Shown: positions 39,701-50,667 of the stretch, piece after piece
How the letters are laid out: each line of letters opens with the position of its first letter
Position numbering within the stretch: the first letter of the stretch is position 1
Source: Mobula hypostoma
Taxonomy: Eukaryota
Direction of reading: 5' to 3'
DNA: 64,000 nt
Assembly: GCF_963921235.1 (NCBI RefSeq)
Contig: NC_086108.1
Location: forward strand, 116,004,001 to 116,068,000
The notes under the pieces: model-generated
Seen by the model: the letters and a program-made list of their open reading frames with translations, nothing else
Told to the model about the DNA's origin: nothing
The model's database searches: none
Made by a program: the position numbers and the translations under genes

Positions 39701-41402
39701 GGGATGCTGGAGACAGACTCTCCCTGAGGGGATGCTGGAGACAGACTCTCCCTGAGAGGGTGCTGGAGGCAGACCTTCCCTGAGGGTGTGCTGGAGACAG
39801 ACTCTCCCTGAGGGGGTGCTGGAGGCAGACCCTCGCTGAGGGGATGCTGGAGACAGACTCTCCCTGAGGGGGTGCTGGAGACAGACTCTCCCTGAGAGGG
39901 TGCTGGAGACAGACTCTCCCTGAGGGGATGCTGGAGACAGACTCTCCCTGAGGGGGTGCTGGAGGCAGACCCTCGCTGAGGGGGTGCTGGAGATGGACTC
40001 TCCCTGAGGGGGTGCTGGAGGCAGACCCTCGCTGAGGGGATGCTGGAGACAGACTCTCCCTGAGGGGATGCTGGAGACAGACTCTCCCTGAGAGGGTGCT
40101 GGAGGCAGACTCTCCCTGAGGGTGTGGTGGAGACAGACCCTCCCTGAGGGGGTGCTGGAGGCAGACCCTCCCTGAGGGGGTGCTGGAGACGGACTCTCCC
40201 TGAGGGGGTGCTGGAGGCAGACTCTCCCTGAGGGGGTGCTGGAGGCAGACTCTCCCTGAGGGGATGGTGGAGACAGACCCTTGCTGAGGGGGTGCTGGAG
40301 GCAGACTCTCCCTGAGGGGATGCTGGAGGTAGACTCTCCCTGAGGGGATGGTGGAGGGTAACTCTCCCTGAGGGGGTGCTGGAGGCAGACTGTCCCTGAG
40401 GGGATGGTGGACACAGACCGTCGCTGAGGGGGTGCTGGAGACAGACTCTCCCTGAGGGGGTGGTGGAGGCAGACTCTCACTTAGGGGATGCTGGACACAG
40501 ACTCTCCCTGAGGGGGTGCTGGAGACAGACTCTCCGTGAGGGGGTGCTGGAGGCAGACTCTCCCTGAGGGGGTGCTGGAGACAGACTCTCCGTGAGGGGG
40601 TGCTGGAGGCAGACTCTCCCTGAGGGGGTGCTGGAGACAGACTCTCCCTGAGGGGGTGCTGGAGGCAGACCCTCGCTGAGGGGATGCTGGAGGCAGACTC
40701 TCCCTGAGGGGATGCTGGAGACAGACTCTCCCTGAGGGGATGCTGGAGGCAGACTCTCCCTGAGGGTGTGCTGGAGACAGACTCTCCCTGAGGGGGTGCT
40801 GGAGGCAGACCCTCGCTGAGGGGATGCTGGAGACAGACTCTCCCTGAGGGGATGCTGGAGACAGACTCTCCCTGAGAGGGTGCTGGAGGCAGACTCTCCC
40901 TGAGGGTGTGCTGGAGACAGACTCTCCCTGAGGGGGTGCTGGAGGCAGACTCTCCCTGAGGGGGTGCTGGAGGCAGACCCTCGCTGAGGGGGTGCTGGAT
41001 GCAGACTCTCCCTGAGGGGGTGCTGGAGGCAGACTCTCCCTGAGGGGGTGCTGGAGGCAGACTCTCCCTGAGGGGGTGCTGGAGGCAGACTCTCCCTGAG
41101 GGGGTGCTGGAGGCAGACTCTCCCTGAGGGGGTGCTGGAGGCAGACTCTCCCTGAGGGGATGGTGGAGACAGACTCTCCCTGAGGGGATGGTGGAGACAG
41201 ACCCTCCCTGAGGGGGTGCTGGAGGCAGACTCTCCCTGAGGGGGTGCTGGAGACAGACTCTCCCTGAGGGGATGGTGGAGACAGACCCTCGCTGAGGGGG
41301 TGCTGGAGGCAGACTCTCCCTGAGGGGATGGTGGAGGGTGACTCTCCCTGAGGGCTGCTGGAGGCAGACTCTCCCTGAGGGGCTGGTGGAGGCAGACTCT
41401 CG
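15708..41402. repeat. 28-bp satellite array, ~900 monomers, consensus GGGGGTGCTGGAG(A/G)CAGACTCTCCCTGA, with higher-order structure
   Basis: Continuous 28-bp periodicity; minus-strand ORFs repeat every 28 aa (3 monomers). Confidence 0.98.
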
Positions 41403-41479
41403 CTGCATTGAGCGAGCATCCGGTGCAGCCCCAGTCACAAAGGCGGGAATGGCTGCTGTCGTCGGGAACGAGCGTCAGT

Positions 41480-41617
41480 ATTCAGCACCATGTTTAGGAA
41501 CAGTTACTACCTCTCAACCATCAGGCTCCTGAATCAGAGGGAATAACTTCACCGACTTCACCTATGGATTCACTCTCAAGGACTCTTCATTTAATTTTCT
41601 CAAAGATTATTGCTCAT
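41480..41617 (+). mobile_element. Rex/Babar-type LINE 3' fragment; continues at 44551-44750 after a Penelope insertion
   Basis: Encodes STMFRNSYYLSTIRLLN-like C-terminus; downstream part ends GTACTTTGATAATAAATTTTCTTTAAACTTTGA. Confidence 0.65.
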
Positions 41618-43617
41618 ATGCCTGCTCTGGATCTCTTTATCGCAAACTGCCGATGGGATATCAACCGTCTCGACTTCACCGCACCGTGTTCCCATTCCAA
41701 CCTCACTCCTTCCGAACGCTCTGCTCTCCACTCCCTCCGCACTAATCCTAATCTTACTATAAAACCCGCCGATAAGGGAGGTGCTGTTGTAGTCTGGTGT
41801 ACTGACCTCTACCTTGCCGAGGAACAGCGTCAACTCGCGGATACCTCCTCTTATTTATCCCTCGATCATGACCCCACTAAGGAGCACCAGGCCATTGTCT
41901 CCCACACCATCACCGACTTTATCCGCTCAGGGATCTCCCTCCCACTGCTACCAACCTTATAGTTCCCACACCTCGGAATTCCTGTTTCTACCTCCTACGC
42001 AAGATCCAAAAACCTGCCTGTCCTGGCAGACCTATTGTCTCAGCTTGCTCCTGTCCATCGAACTCATTTCTGCATACCTCGATACGGTTTTATCCTCCCT
42101 TGTTCAATCCCTTCCTACCTATGTTCGTGACACTTCTCACGCTCTGAATTTTTTCGATGATTTTAAGTTCCCTAGCCCCCACCGCTTTATTTTCACCGTG
42201 GATATCCAGTCCCTATATACTTCCATCCCCCATCAGGAAGGTCTCAAAGCTCTCCGCTTCTTTTTTGATTCCAGACCTAATCGGTTCCCCTCTACCACCA
42301 CTCTGCTCCGTCTAGCGGAATTGGTCCTTACTCTTAATAATTTTTCCTTTGGCTCCTCCCACTTCCTCCAAACTAAAGATATAGCCACCGCCACCCGTAT
42401 GGGTCCCAGCTATGCCTGCCGTTTTGTTGGCTTTGTGAAACAATCTATGTTCCAAACCTATTCTGGTATCTGTCCCCCACTTTTCCTTCGCTACATCGAC
42501 GACTGCATTGGCGCTGCTTCCTGCACGCATGCTGAGCTCATTGACTTCATTAACTTTGCCTCCAACTTTCACCCTGCCCTCAAGTTTACCTGGTCCATTT
42601 CCGACACCTCCCTCACCTTTCTAGATCTTTCTGTCTCTATCTCTGGAGACAGCTTATCTACTGATGTCTACTATAAGCCTACTGACTCTCACAGCTATCT
42701 GGACTATTCCTCTTCTCACCCTGTCTCTTGCAAAAAACGCCATCCCCTTCTCGCAATTCCTCCGTCTCCGCCGCATCTGCTCTCAGGATGAGGCTTTTCA
42801 TTCCAGGACGAAGGAGATGTCCTTCTTTTTTAAAGAAAGGGGTTTCCCTTCCTCCACCATCAACTCTGCTCTCAAACGCATCTCACCCATTTCACGCACA
42901 TCTGCTCTCACTCCATCCTCCCGCCACCCCACTAGGAATAGGATTCCCCTTGTCCTCACCTACCACCCCACCAGCCTCCATGTCCAACATATTATTCTCT
43001 GTAACTTCCGCCACCTCCAACGGGATCCCACCACTAAGCACATCTTTCCCTCCCCCCACCCCGGCTTTCCGCAGGGATCGCTCCCTACGCAACTCCCTTG
43101 TCCATTCATCCCACCCCCCATCCCTCCCCACTGATCTCCCTCCTGCCATTTATCCTTGTAAGCAGAACAAGTGCTACACATGCCCTTACACTTCCTCCCT
43201 CACTACCATTCAGGGCCCCAGACAGTCCTTCCAGGTGAGGCGACACTTCACCTGTGAGTCGGCTGGGGTGATATACTGCGTCCGGTGCTCCCGACGCGCC
43301 CTTCTATATATTGGCGAGACCCAACGCAGACTGGGAGACCGTTTTTCTGGACACCAACACTCTGTCTGCCAGAGAAAGCAGGATCTCCCAGTGGCCACAC
43401 ATTTTAATTCCACATCCCATTCCCATTCTGACATGTCTATCCATGGCCTCCTCTACTGTCAAGATGAAGCCACACTCAGGTTGGAGGAACAGCACCTTAT
43501 ATTCCGTCTGGGTAGCCTCCAACCTGATGGCATGAACATTGACTTCTCAAACTTCCGCTAATGCCCCACCTCCCCCTCGTACCTCATCCGTTATTTATAT
43601 ACATTTATATATATATA

Positions 43618-44180
43618 TTGTTGTTCGTCCATCGTACGTCGAAGAGGACCTCGACACCATTATTGGTGGTATCGAGACTAGCGGGTGACTTGGATTTAAG
43701 TGAGGGGGAGTTGCGTAGCGTCTGCCTCACTCTCTCTTCCCAATTCCCTTCTGGATCCAGTGGCAAGACAGAGTTGAGACGGCTGGAGATGGGACTAGGC
43801 GCAGTGGATGACCAGGACGTCTTCTGTGTCTTGTCCTGCTCTACACGTTCCATGATGCTTGCAGAGACCGCCTTCTTGACCGTTGGACCTTCCATTGGTC
43901 TCATCCGCTCAATCCGCCGGAGACTGTCTTCACATGCTGGGATAGACAACTCCCTATCTCACCGAGGGTTTGAAACCCGTCGGCTACCCTCACCTGGTTT
44001 AGCCGGCTTGTTGAAGCCGTTGCCCGGGGTGTGGCCGCTGTCGCATGCAAACAGCTACGGGGAGCCACAGGTGAGAGCTGAGTGCCAGGTGGGGACCAAA
44101 GGTGGACTAACCGCCCTGAAAAGGACACGACATGTTCCCCCACCAGAGGTGCTGCCCCTCCCTGACACCCCATACACCGC
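43618..44180 (-). mobile_element. Non-autonomous, probably RTE-derived retroposon inserted in a (TA)n tract within the Penelope 3' UTR
   Basis: (TA)n on both sides; (CAA)n tail and 3' stem-loops; HDV-like ribozyme at the 5' end; absent from the homologous PLE UTR at 14550-14830. Confidence 0.75.
43987..44171 (-). ncRNA. HDV-like self-cleaving ribozyme (nested double pseudoknot)
   Basis: P1 GGGGTGT (44171-44165)/ACACCCC (44032-44026); P2 CTCTCACCTGT/AC(C)AGGTGAGGG; P3 GGC/GCC; L3 TCCCCGT..; P1.1 GG; GCAA; P4 CGGCTT-CAAC-AAGCCG; J4/2 GCTAA with catalytic C at 44002. Confidence 0.85.
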
Positions 44181-44455
44181 ATATATATATATATATATAC
44201 ACACACACATTCTTTATGTCTCTCTCCTTTTTCTCCCTCTGTCCCTCTCACTATCCCCCTTGCCCATCCTCTGGGCTTCCCCCCCCACTTTTCTTTCTCC
44301 CTGGGCCGCCTGTCCCATGATCCTCTCATATCCCCTTTGCCAATCACCTGTCCAGCTCTTGGCTCCATCCCTCCCCCTCCTGTCTTCTCCTATCATTTCA
44401 GATCTCCCCCTCCCCCTCCAACTTTTCAAATCTCTTACTAGCTCTTCCTTCAGTT

Positions 44456-44491
44456 AGTCCTGATGAAGGGTCTCGGTCCAAAACATCGACT
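44456..44491 (+). ncRNA. Penelope minimal hammerhead with mutated core (GAAA to AAAA, GTC to ATC), probably inactive
   Basis: AGTC-CTGATGA-AGGGTCTCGGTCC-AAAAC-ATC-GACT. Confidence 0.65.
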
Positions 44492-44954
44492 GTACCACTT
44501 CTTAGAGATGCTGCCTGGCCTGCTGCGTTCACCAGCAACTTTTATGTGTGTTGCTCATTTATTTATTACTATTATTATCATTGTTATTTTTTCATTTTCA
44601 TCATTTGTTATCTTTTGCACATTGCTTCTTTGTCCACCTTTGTCTGGGTGTTTCTTTGTATTTACTGTGAATGCCCACACAAAATGAATCTCAGTGTTGT
44701 ATGTGGTGACAAATATGTACTTTGATAATAAATTTTCTTTAAACTTTGAGAAAGGGACCAAACAAGTGCTGGGGTATCGAGCTAGTATGGAGGAGTCTCA
44801 TGGTGGGCAGAAGGGTCTGTTTCCTCTCTGTGACCTTTCTCCAGGCCAGACTGCCTGCTGAGGGAAATATTCCTGGCATCCTTGGGAAGGCTGGAGAGGG
44901 TGACCCTTCACCTTTTCCTATCTTTACATATCATTCAGGAGCAGGCGATGCTCA

Positions 44955-45190
44955 CTTGCTGCAATGGCTCAGCAGGTACAGCCACTACCCCTTGGCTTAA
45001 AAGACCTGGGTTCGATCCCGACCTCCGGTGTTGTCCGTGTGGAGTTTGCATGTTCTCCCTGTGACCATGTGGGTTTCCCCAGGGAGATCCAGTTTCCTCC
45101 GGAGGCACGTAGGTTGGTAGATTAATTGGCCACTGTAAATTGTCTCCAGCATGTGGGTGAGGGTTGGAATCAGAGGCAGTTGATGGGGAG
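44955..45190 (+). mobile_element. V-SINE (HE1-like)
   Basis: A-box-like TGGCTCAGCAGG, B-box GGGTTCGATCCC, V-domain GTGTGGAGTTTGCATGTTCTCCCTGTGACC. Confidence 0.82.
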
Positions 45191-45229
45191 GCCATGAGAT
45201 AGAGGAGCAGAATTAGGCCATTAGCCCAT

Positions 45230-48068
45230 TGAGGCTTAATCACAGCCACTGGCATGAGTTACAGGGCAATAGAGGCATGCTGCATTTAAAACAAAAAGCA
45301 ACAAATACTGGACTGAAATTTTTATATTTGAATGCATTCAGCATAAGGAATAAAATGGATGATCTTGAAACTCAGCTACAGATCATCAAATATGATGTTG
45401 TGGCTATCTCTGAAAATTGGCTGAAGGATGGCTGCCATTGGGAGCTGAACGGCCAAGGATATATGGTGTATCAGAAAGATAGGTTAGTAGGCAGAGGGGG
45501 TGGTGTAGCCCTGTGTATAAGAAATAATATTAAAACATTAGAAAGAGATGAGATAGGATTGGAAGGTGTAGAGTCTCTATGGGTTGAGTTAAGAAATGGC
45601 AAGGGTAAAAGGACCTTAATGGCAGTTGTATACAGGCCTCCAAACAGCAGCTGGGATGTGGATTACAAATTACAGCAGGAGATAGAAAAGGCGAGTCAGA
45701 AAGGCAAGGCCATGATAATTGTTGTGGATTTTAACATGAAAGTTGATTTGGAAAACCAGGTCAGTACTGAACCTCAAGGGAGAGAATCTGTAGAATGTCT
45801 AAGTAATGGCTTTTTAGAACAGCTTGTTGTTGAGCCCACTGGGGGATCGGCTGTGCTGGATTGGGTGTTGGCAGTGATCCAGAGGTGATAAGAGAGCTTA
45901 AGATTAAGGAACCCTAAGAGAACAGAGATCACAATATGATCGAGTTCACATTGAAATTTGAAAGGAAAAAATAAAATCCAATGTGTTTGTATTTCAGTGG
46001 AATAAAGGAACTTACAATGTCATGAGAGGGGAACTGGCCGAAGTTGACTGGAAAGGGACATTTGCAGGAAAGGCAGCAGAGCAGCAATGGCTGGAGTTTC
46101 TGTGAAAAATTAGGGAAGTGCAAGACAGATATATTCCAAATAACAAGAAATTTTCAAAGGGAAGAAGGACACTACCAGGACAAGTCAAGTCAGAGCCAAA
46201 GTAAAAACAAAAGAGAGGGCATACAAGGAAGCCAGAGCTAGTGGGAAGATAGAGGATTGGTAAGCTTTTAAAAACTTGCAGAAGGAAACAAAGAAGGTTA
46301 TTCAGAAGGAAAAGATGAATTATGAAAGGAAGCTAGCGACTAATACCAAAGAAGATACTAAAAGCTCTTTTAGGTATATAAAGGGTAAAAGGGAGTTGAG
46401 GGTAGATATAGGACAAATAAGTATACCGGCCATTCAAGACTGTCAGGGAAGCGAAGTTTGTGCAGTGAAAATTATGACTGAGAAGGTGCTCAGGAAGCTT
46501 AATGGTCTGAGGGTGGATAAATTTCCTGGATCTGATGGAATGCACCCTCGGGTTCTGATGGAAGTTGCTGGAGAGATTGCGGAAGCATTAACAATGATAT
46601 TTCAAGAATCAATAGATACCAGATGACTGGAAAACTGTAAATGTTACTCTGCTGCTTAAGAAGGGTGGGAGGCAGCAAAAAGGAGACTTTAGACCTGTTA
46701 GCCTGACACCAGTGGTTGGAAAGTTGTTGGAATCGATTGTTAGGGATGAGATTACAGCGTACCTGGAGAACCATGACAAGATCGGCCAAAGCCAGCATGG
46801 TTTTCTGAAAGGAAAATCCTGCCTGACTAATCTACTGCAATTCTTTGAGAAAATTACAAGCAGGGTAGAGAAAGGAGATGCAGTAGATGTGGCATACTTG
46901 GAAATTCAGAAGGCCTTTGACAAGGTGCCACACATGAGGCTGCTTAGCAAGATAAGAGCCCATGGAATTACAGGGCAGTTACTAGCATGGGTGGAGCATT
47001 GGCTGGTCGGCAGAAAACAGAGAGTGGGAATAAAGGGATCCCATTCTGGCTGGCTGCCGGTTACCAGTGGAGTTCCACAGGGATCGGCGTTGGGACCACT
47101 GCTTTTTACGATGTATGTCAATGATTTGGACTACAGTATTAATGGATTTGTGGCTAAATTTGCTGATGATACAAAGATAGGTGGAGGAGTGGGTAGTCTT
47201 GAGGAAACAGAGAGCCTGTAGAGAGACTTAGATAGTTTAGGGAATGGGCAAAGAAGTGGCAAATGAAATACAATGTTGGAAAGTGTATAGTCATGCACTT
47301 TGGTGGAAGAAATAAATGGGCAGACTGTTACTTAGATAGAGAGAGAATTCAAAATGCAGAGATACAAAGGGACTTGGGAGCCCTTCTGCAGGATACCCTA
47401 AAGGTTAACCTCGTTGAGTCAATTGTGAGGAAGGCGAATGCAACATTGGCAGTCATTTCTAGAGGTATAGAATATAAGAGCTGGGATGTGATGCTGAGGC
47501 TCTATAAAGCACTCGTGAGACCACACTTGGAGTATCGTGTGCAGTTTTGGGCTCCTTATTTTCGAAGGGTTATACTGACAATGGAGAGAGTTCAGAGAAG
47601 ATTCACAAGAATGATTCCAGGAATGAAAGGGTTACTGTATGAGGAACATCTGGCAGCTCTTTTGGGCTGTATTACCTGGAGTTCAGGAGAATGAGGGGAG
47701 GATCTCACAGAAACATTCCGAATGTTAAAAGGCCTGAACAAGTTATTTTTCGTGGTAGGGGATTCTAGGACAAGAGGGCAAGACTTCAGGATTGAAGGAT
47801 GTTCATTTAGAACTGAGATGCAGAGAAATTAGTTTAGTCAGAGGGTGGTAAATCTGTGGAATTTGTTACCATGAGTGGCTGTGGAGGCCAAGTCACTGGG
47901 TGTATTTAAGACAGAGATAGATAGGTTCTTGATTAGCCAGGGCATCAAAGGGTATGGGTGAAAGCAGGGGAGTGGGGATGACTGGAAGAATTGGATCAGC
48001 CCATGATTGAATAGCAGAGCAGACTCAATGGGCCGAATGGCCTACTTAAGCTCCTATATCTTATGGTC
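45230..48068 (+). mobile_element. CR1 LINE ORF2 (endonuclease and RT) with 3' UTR, decayed
   Basis: LYLNAFSIRNK, YRPPN, QHGFLKGKSCLTNL, GVPQGSALGP, KFADDTK, VRPHLEY. Confidence 0.92.
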
Positions 48069-48069
48069 T

Positions 48070-49135
48070 CCAATCTCCTCCCTTTTAGCTGTATCCCTTT
48101 ATACACTGACTAATCGAGAAGCTATCAACATCTACTTTAAATACTCACCACTCACCACTCTCTGTGTAAAAATCTTACCCCTGACATCTCCTCTGTACCT
48201 GCTTCCAAGCACCTTAAAACTATGCCCTCTCATGCTAGCCATTTCAACCCTGGGAAAAAGCCTCCGACTATCCACACGATCAATGCCTGTGATTAACTTT
48301 TACACCTCTATCAGGTCACCTCTCATCCTCCGTCACTCCAAGGAGAAAAGGCCGAGTTCACTCAACCTTTAGAGAATCCTGCACAAGGACTCCCAAGTCC
48401 CTTTACACCTCTGTTTTTTGTATTATCTCTCCATTTAGTAAGTAGTCAATCCTTTCATTTCTTCTACAAAAGTGCATGACCATACACTTCCTGACACTGT
48501 ATTCCATCTGCCATTTCTTTGCCCATTCTCCTAATCTGTCTGGGTCCTTCTGTAGCTTCTCTACTTCCTCAAAACTACCTGCACCTCCACCGATCTTCAT
48601 ATTGTCTGCATACTTCACAACAAAGTCATCAATTCCATCATCCAAACTATTGACACATTGTGTAAAAAGAATTGGTCCCAACACAGACCCCTGTGGAACA
48701 CCACAAGTCACCGGCAGCAAACGAAAAAAGATTCCCTTTTTTCCACTCTTTGCTTCCTGCTAATCAGCCACTGTTTTATCCATGCTAGAATCTTTCCTGT
48801 AATACCATGGGCTCATAGCTTGTTAAGCAGCCTCATGTGTGGCACCTTGTCAAAGGCCTTCTGAAAATCCAAGTACACAACATCAACTGATTCTCCTTAG
48901 TCTATCCTGCTTGTTATTTCTTCAAAGCATTCCAACAAATTTGTTAGGCAAGATTTTCCCTTGAGGAAACCCTGCTGACTATGGCCTGTTTTATCAACAC
49001 TCACAACATGCTGGAGGAACTCAGCAGGTTGGGCAGCATTCGTGGAAAGTTTTATCATGTGCCTCCAAGTACCCTGAGACCTCATCGTTAATAATTGACT
49101 CTAAACTTCTTCTCAGCCACTGAGGTCAGACTAAC
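48070..49135 (-). mobile_element. Mosaic of minus-strand CR1 RT fragments
   Basis: [38 protein letters not shown] on the minus strand. Confidence 0.82.
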
Positions 49136-50667
49136 AGGGAAAGGGAAGAATGAAATGGGGTCAGTGTAGGACTGGTGTCAATGGGTGGCTGAGGGTCAGC
49201 ACAGAGTCAATGGGCCAAAAGGCCTGTTTCCATGCTGTTAACACTTTGTGAGTTTCTTGTACCTATTCCTCCTCCCACAGTGATGCCTACCTAAATGTCT
49301 CCATGTCTCCTGATTTTTACACATTAAAAATGTCTTCATTACTTTCTTGCAATTGTTGGATATTGAGTTCCTCGACTTGACACTCCCAATATATATACCA
49401 CCCTTTAACTGAAGAACTTTCTGTTTATCTCTGTCATCAATTTGAAGATTACCTCTCATCCCAGAGAGTGCGAACCCAAAATGCTTTGGAATCTGCTCAC
49501 TGGACAATGTCTTGATCCCAGGAATCAGTGTGGTGAATTACCCCTCCCTCTCATGCAAATAATCCTTCCTCAAAATCAGAATCAGGTTATCATTACTGAC
49601 AAATGTCATGAAATTTGTTGTTTTACAGCAGTACTACAGTGCAAGATATAAAATGTACTCTAAATTACAGAAACAAATATGTCTATCTAAGTAACGATCT
49701 AAGGCAACACACACAAAATGCTGGAGGAACTCGGAAGGTCAGGCGTCATCCATGGAAATGAACAAATGGTCAACGTTTCAGGCTGAGACCCTGGAAAGGA
49801 AGAGGAAGGTGCCAGAATGAAAAGGTGGGAAGAAGAGAAGGAGGATGGCTGGACGGTGATAGGTAAATCCAGTCGGGTGGGAAAGATAAAGGGCTGGAGA
49901 GGACAGAATCTGATAGGAGAGTGGACCATAGGAGAAAACGAAGGAGGAGAGAACCCAATGATAGGCAGGCGAGAAGAGATAAAAAGCCAGAATGGGGAGG
50001 AGAAGAAGAAGGGGGGAGAGGGAGTGAATTTTTTTTACTAGGGAGATAAATTGATATTCATGCCATCAGGTTGGCGGCTATCCAGATGGGAAAAAGGTGT
50101 TGCTCCTGCACCCTGAGGAGGACCTCATTGTCACGGACCAATGTGTCAGAATGGGAATCAGAATTAAAATGTTGGGACAATGGGAAGTTCCACTATTCCT
50201 GGATGGAGCGAACGTGCTTGACGAGGAGGTCCCCCAATTTACGATGCATCTCTCCAATGTAGAAGAAGCCACACCAGGACCATTGGATACAATAGACGAG
50301 GTGAAGTGTTCCCTCACCTGGAAGAACCGTTAGGGACCCTGAATGGTGGGGAGGGAGGGGGTGAATGGACAGGTGTAGCACTTTAGTCACTTGGGCTAAG
50401 TGCCAGGAGGGAGCTTATTGGGAAAGGATGAATGGACAAGGGAATCACAGAGAAACTATCCCGACAGAAAGCATAAAGTGAGGGAATGTAAAGTGTTTAG
50501 GTGCTAGGATCCCTTAGGAGATAGCAGAAGTTAATGAGAATGATGTGTTGGATGTGGAGGCTGCTGAGGTAGTAGGTAAGGACAAGAGCAAATTCTGTCA
50601 CTGTTATGGTGGCAGAAGATGGGGCGAGCGTAGGAAATGCAGGAGATCTGGATGAGGGCAGTATCAT

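Larger units (their letters stand above)
41618..44550 (+). mobile_element. Penelope-like element (Neptune-like): RT, Cys linker and GIY-YIG endonuclease, frameshifted; flanked by TTGCTCAT direct repeats
   Basis: KPADKGGAVV, DIQSLYTSIP, MGPSYA, RYIDDCIG, CKQNKCYTC, VIYCVRC..LYIGET; TTGCTCAT at 41610-41617 and 44551-44558. Confidence 0.92.

Noticed and set aside
15708..41402. Centromeric or telomeric identity of the array
   Set aside because: No TTAGGG tandem tract (only isolated TTAGGG in variant monomers) and nothing in the sequence alone supports centromere function
15663..41438. Very long minus-strand ORFs (up to 1525 aa) as a mucin-like or repeat protein gene
   Set aside because: The 28-bp monomer lacks minus-strand stops and cycles through all frames; overlapping frames give the same peptide and there is no unique domain
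43561..44457. 298-aa + strand ORF
   Set aside because: Reads through microsatellites, the antisense of the ribozyme element and a pyrimidine-rich UTR; no motif
44955..45025. tRNA gene
   Set aside because: A/B boxes are followed by the V-SINE core; no cloverleaf
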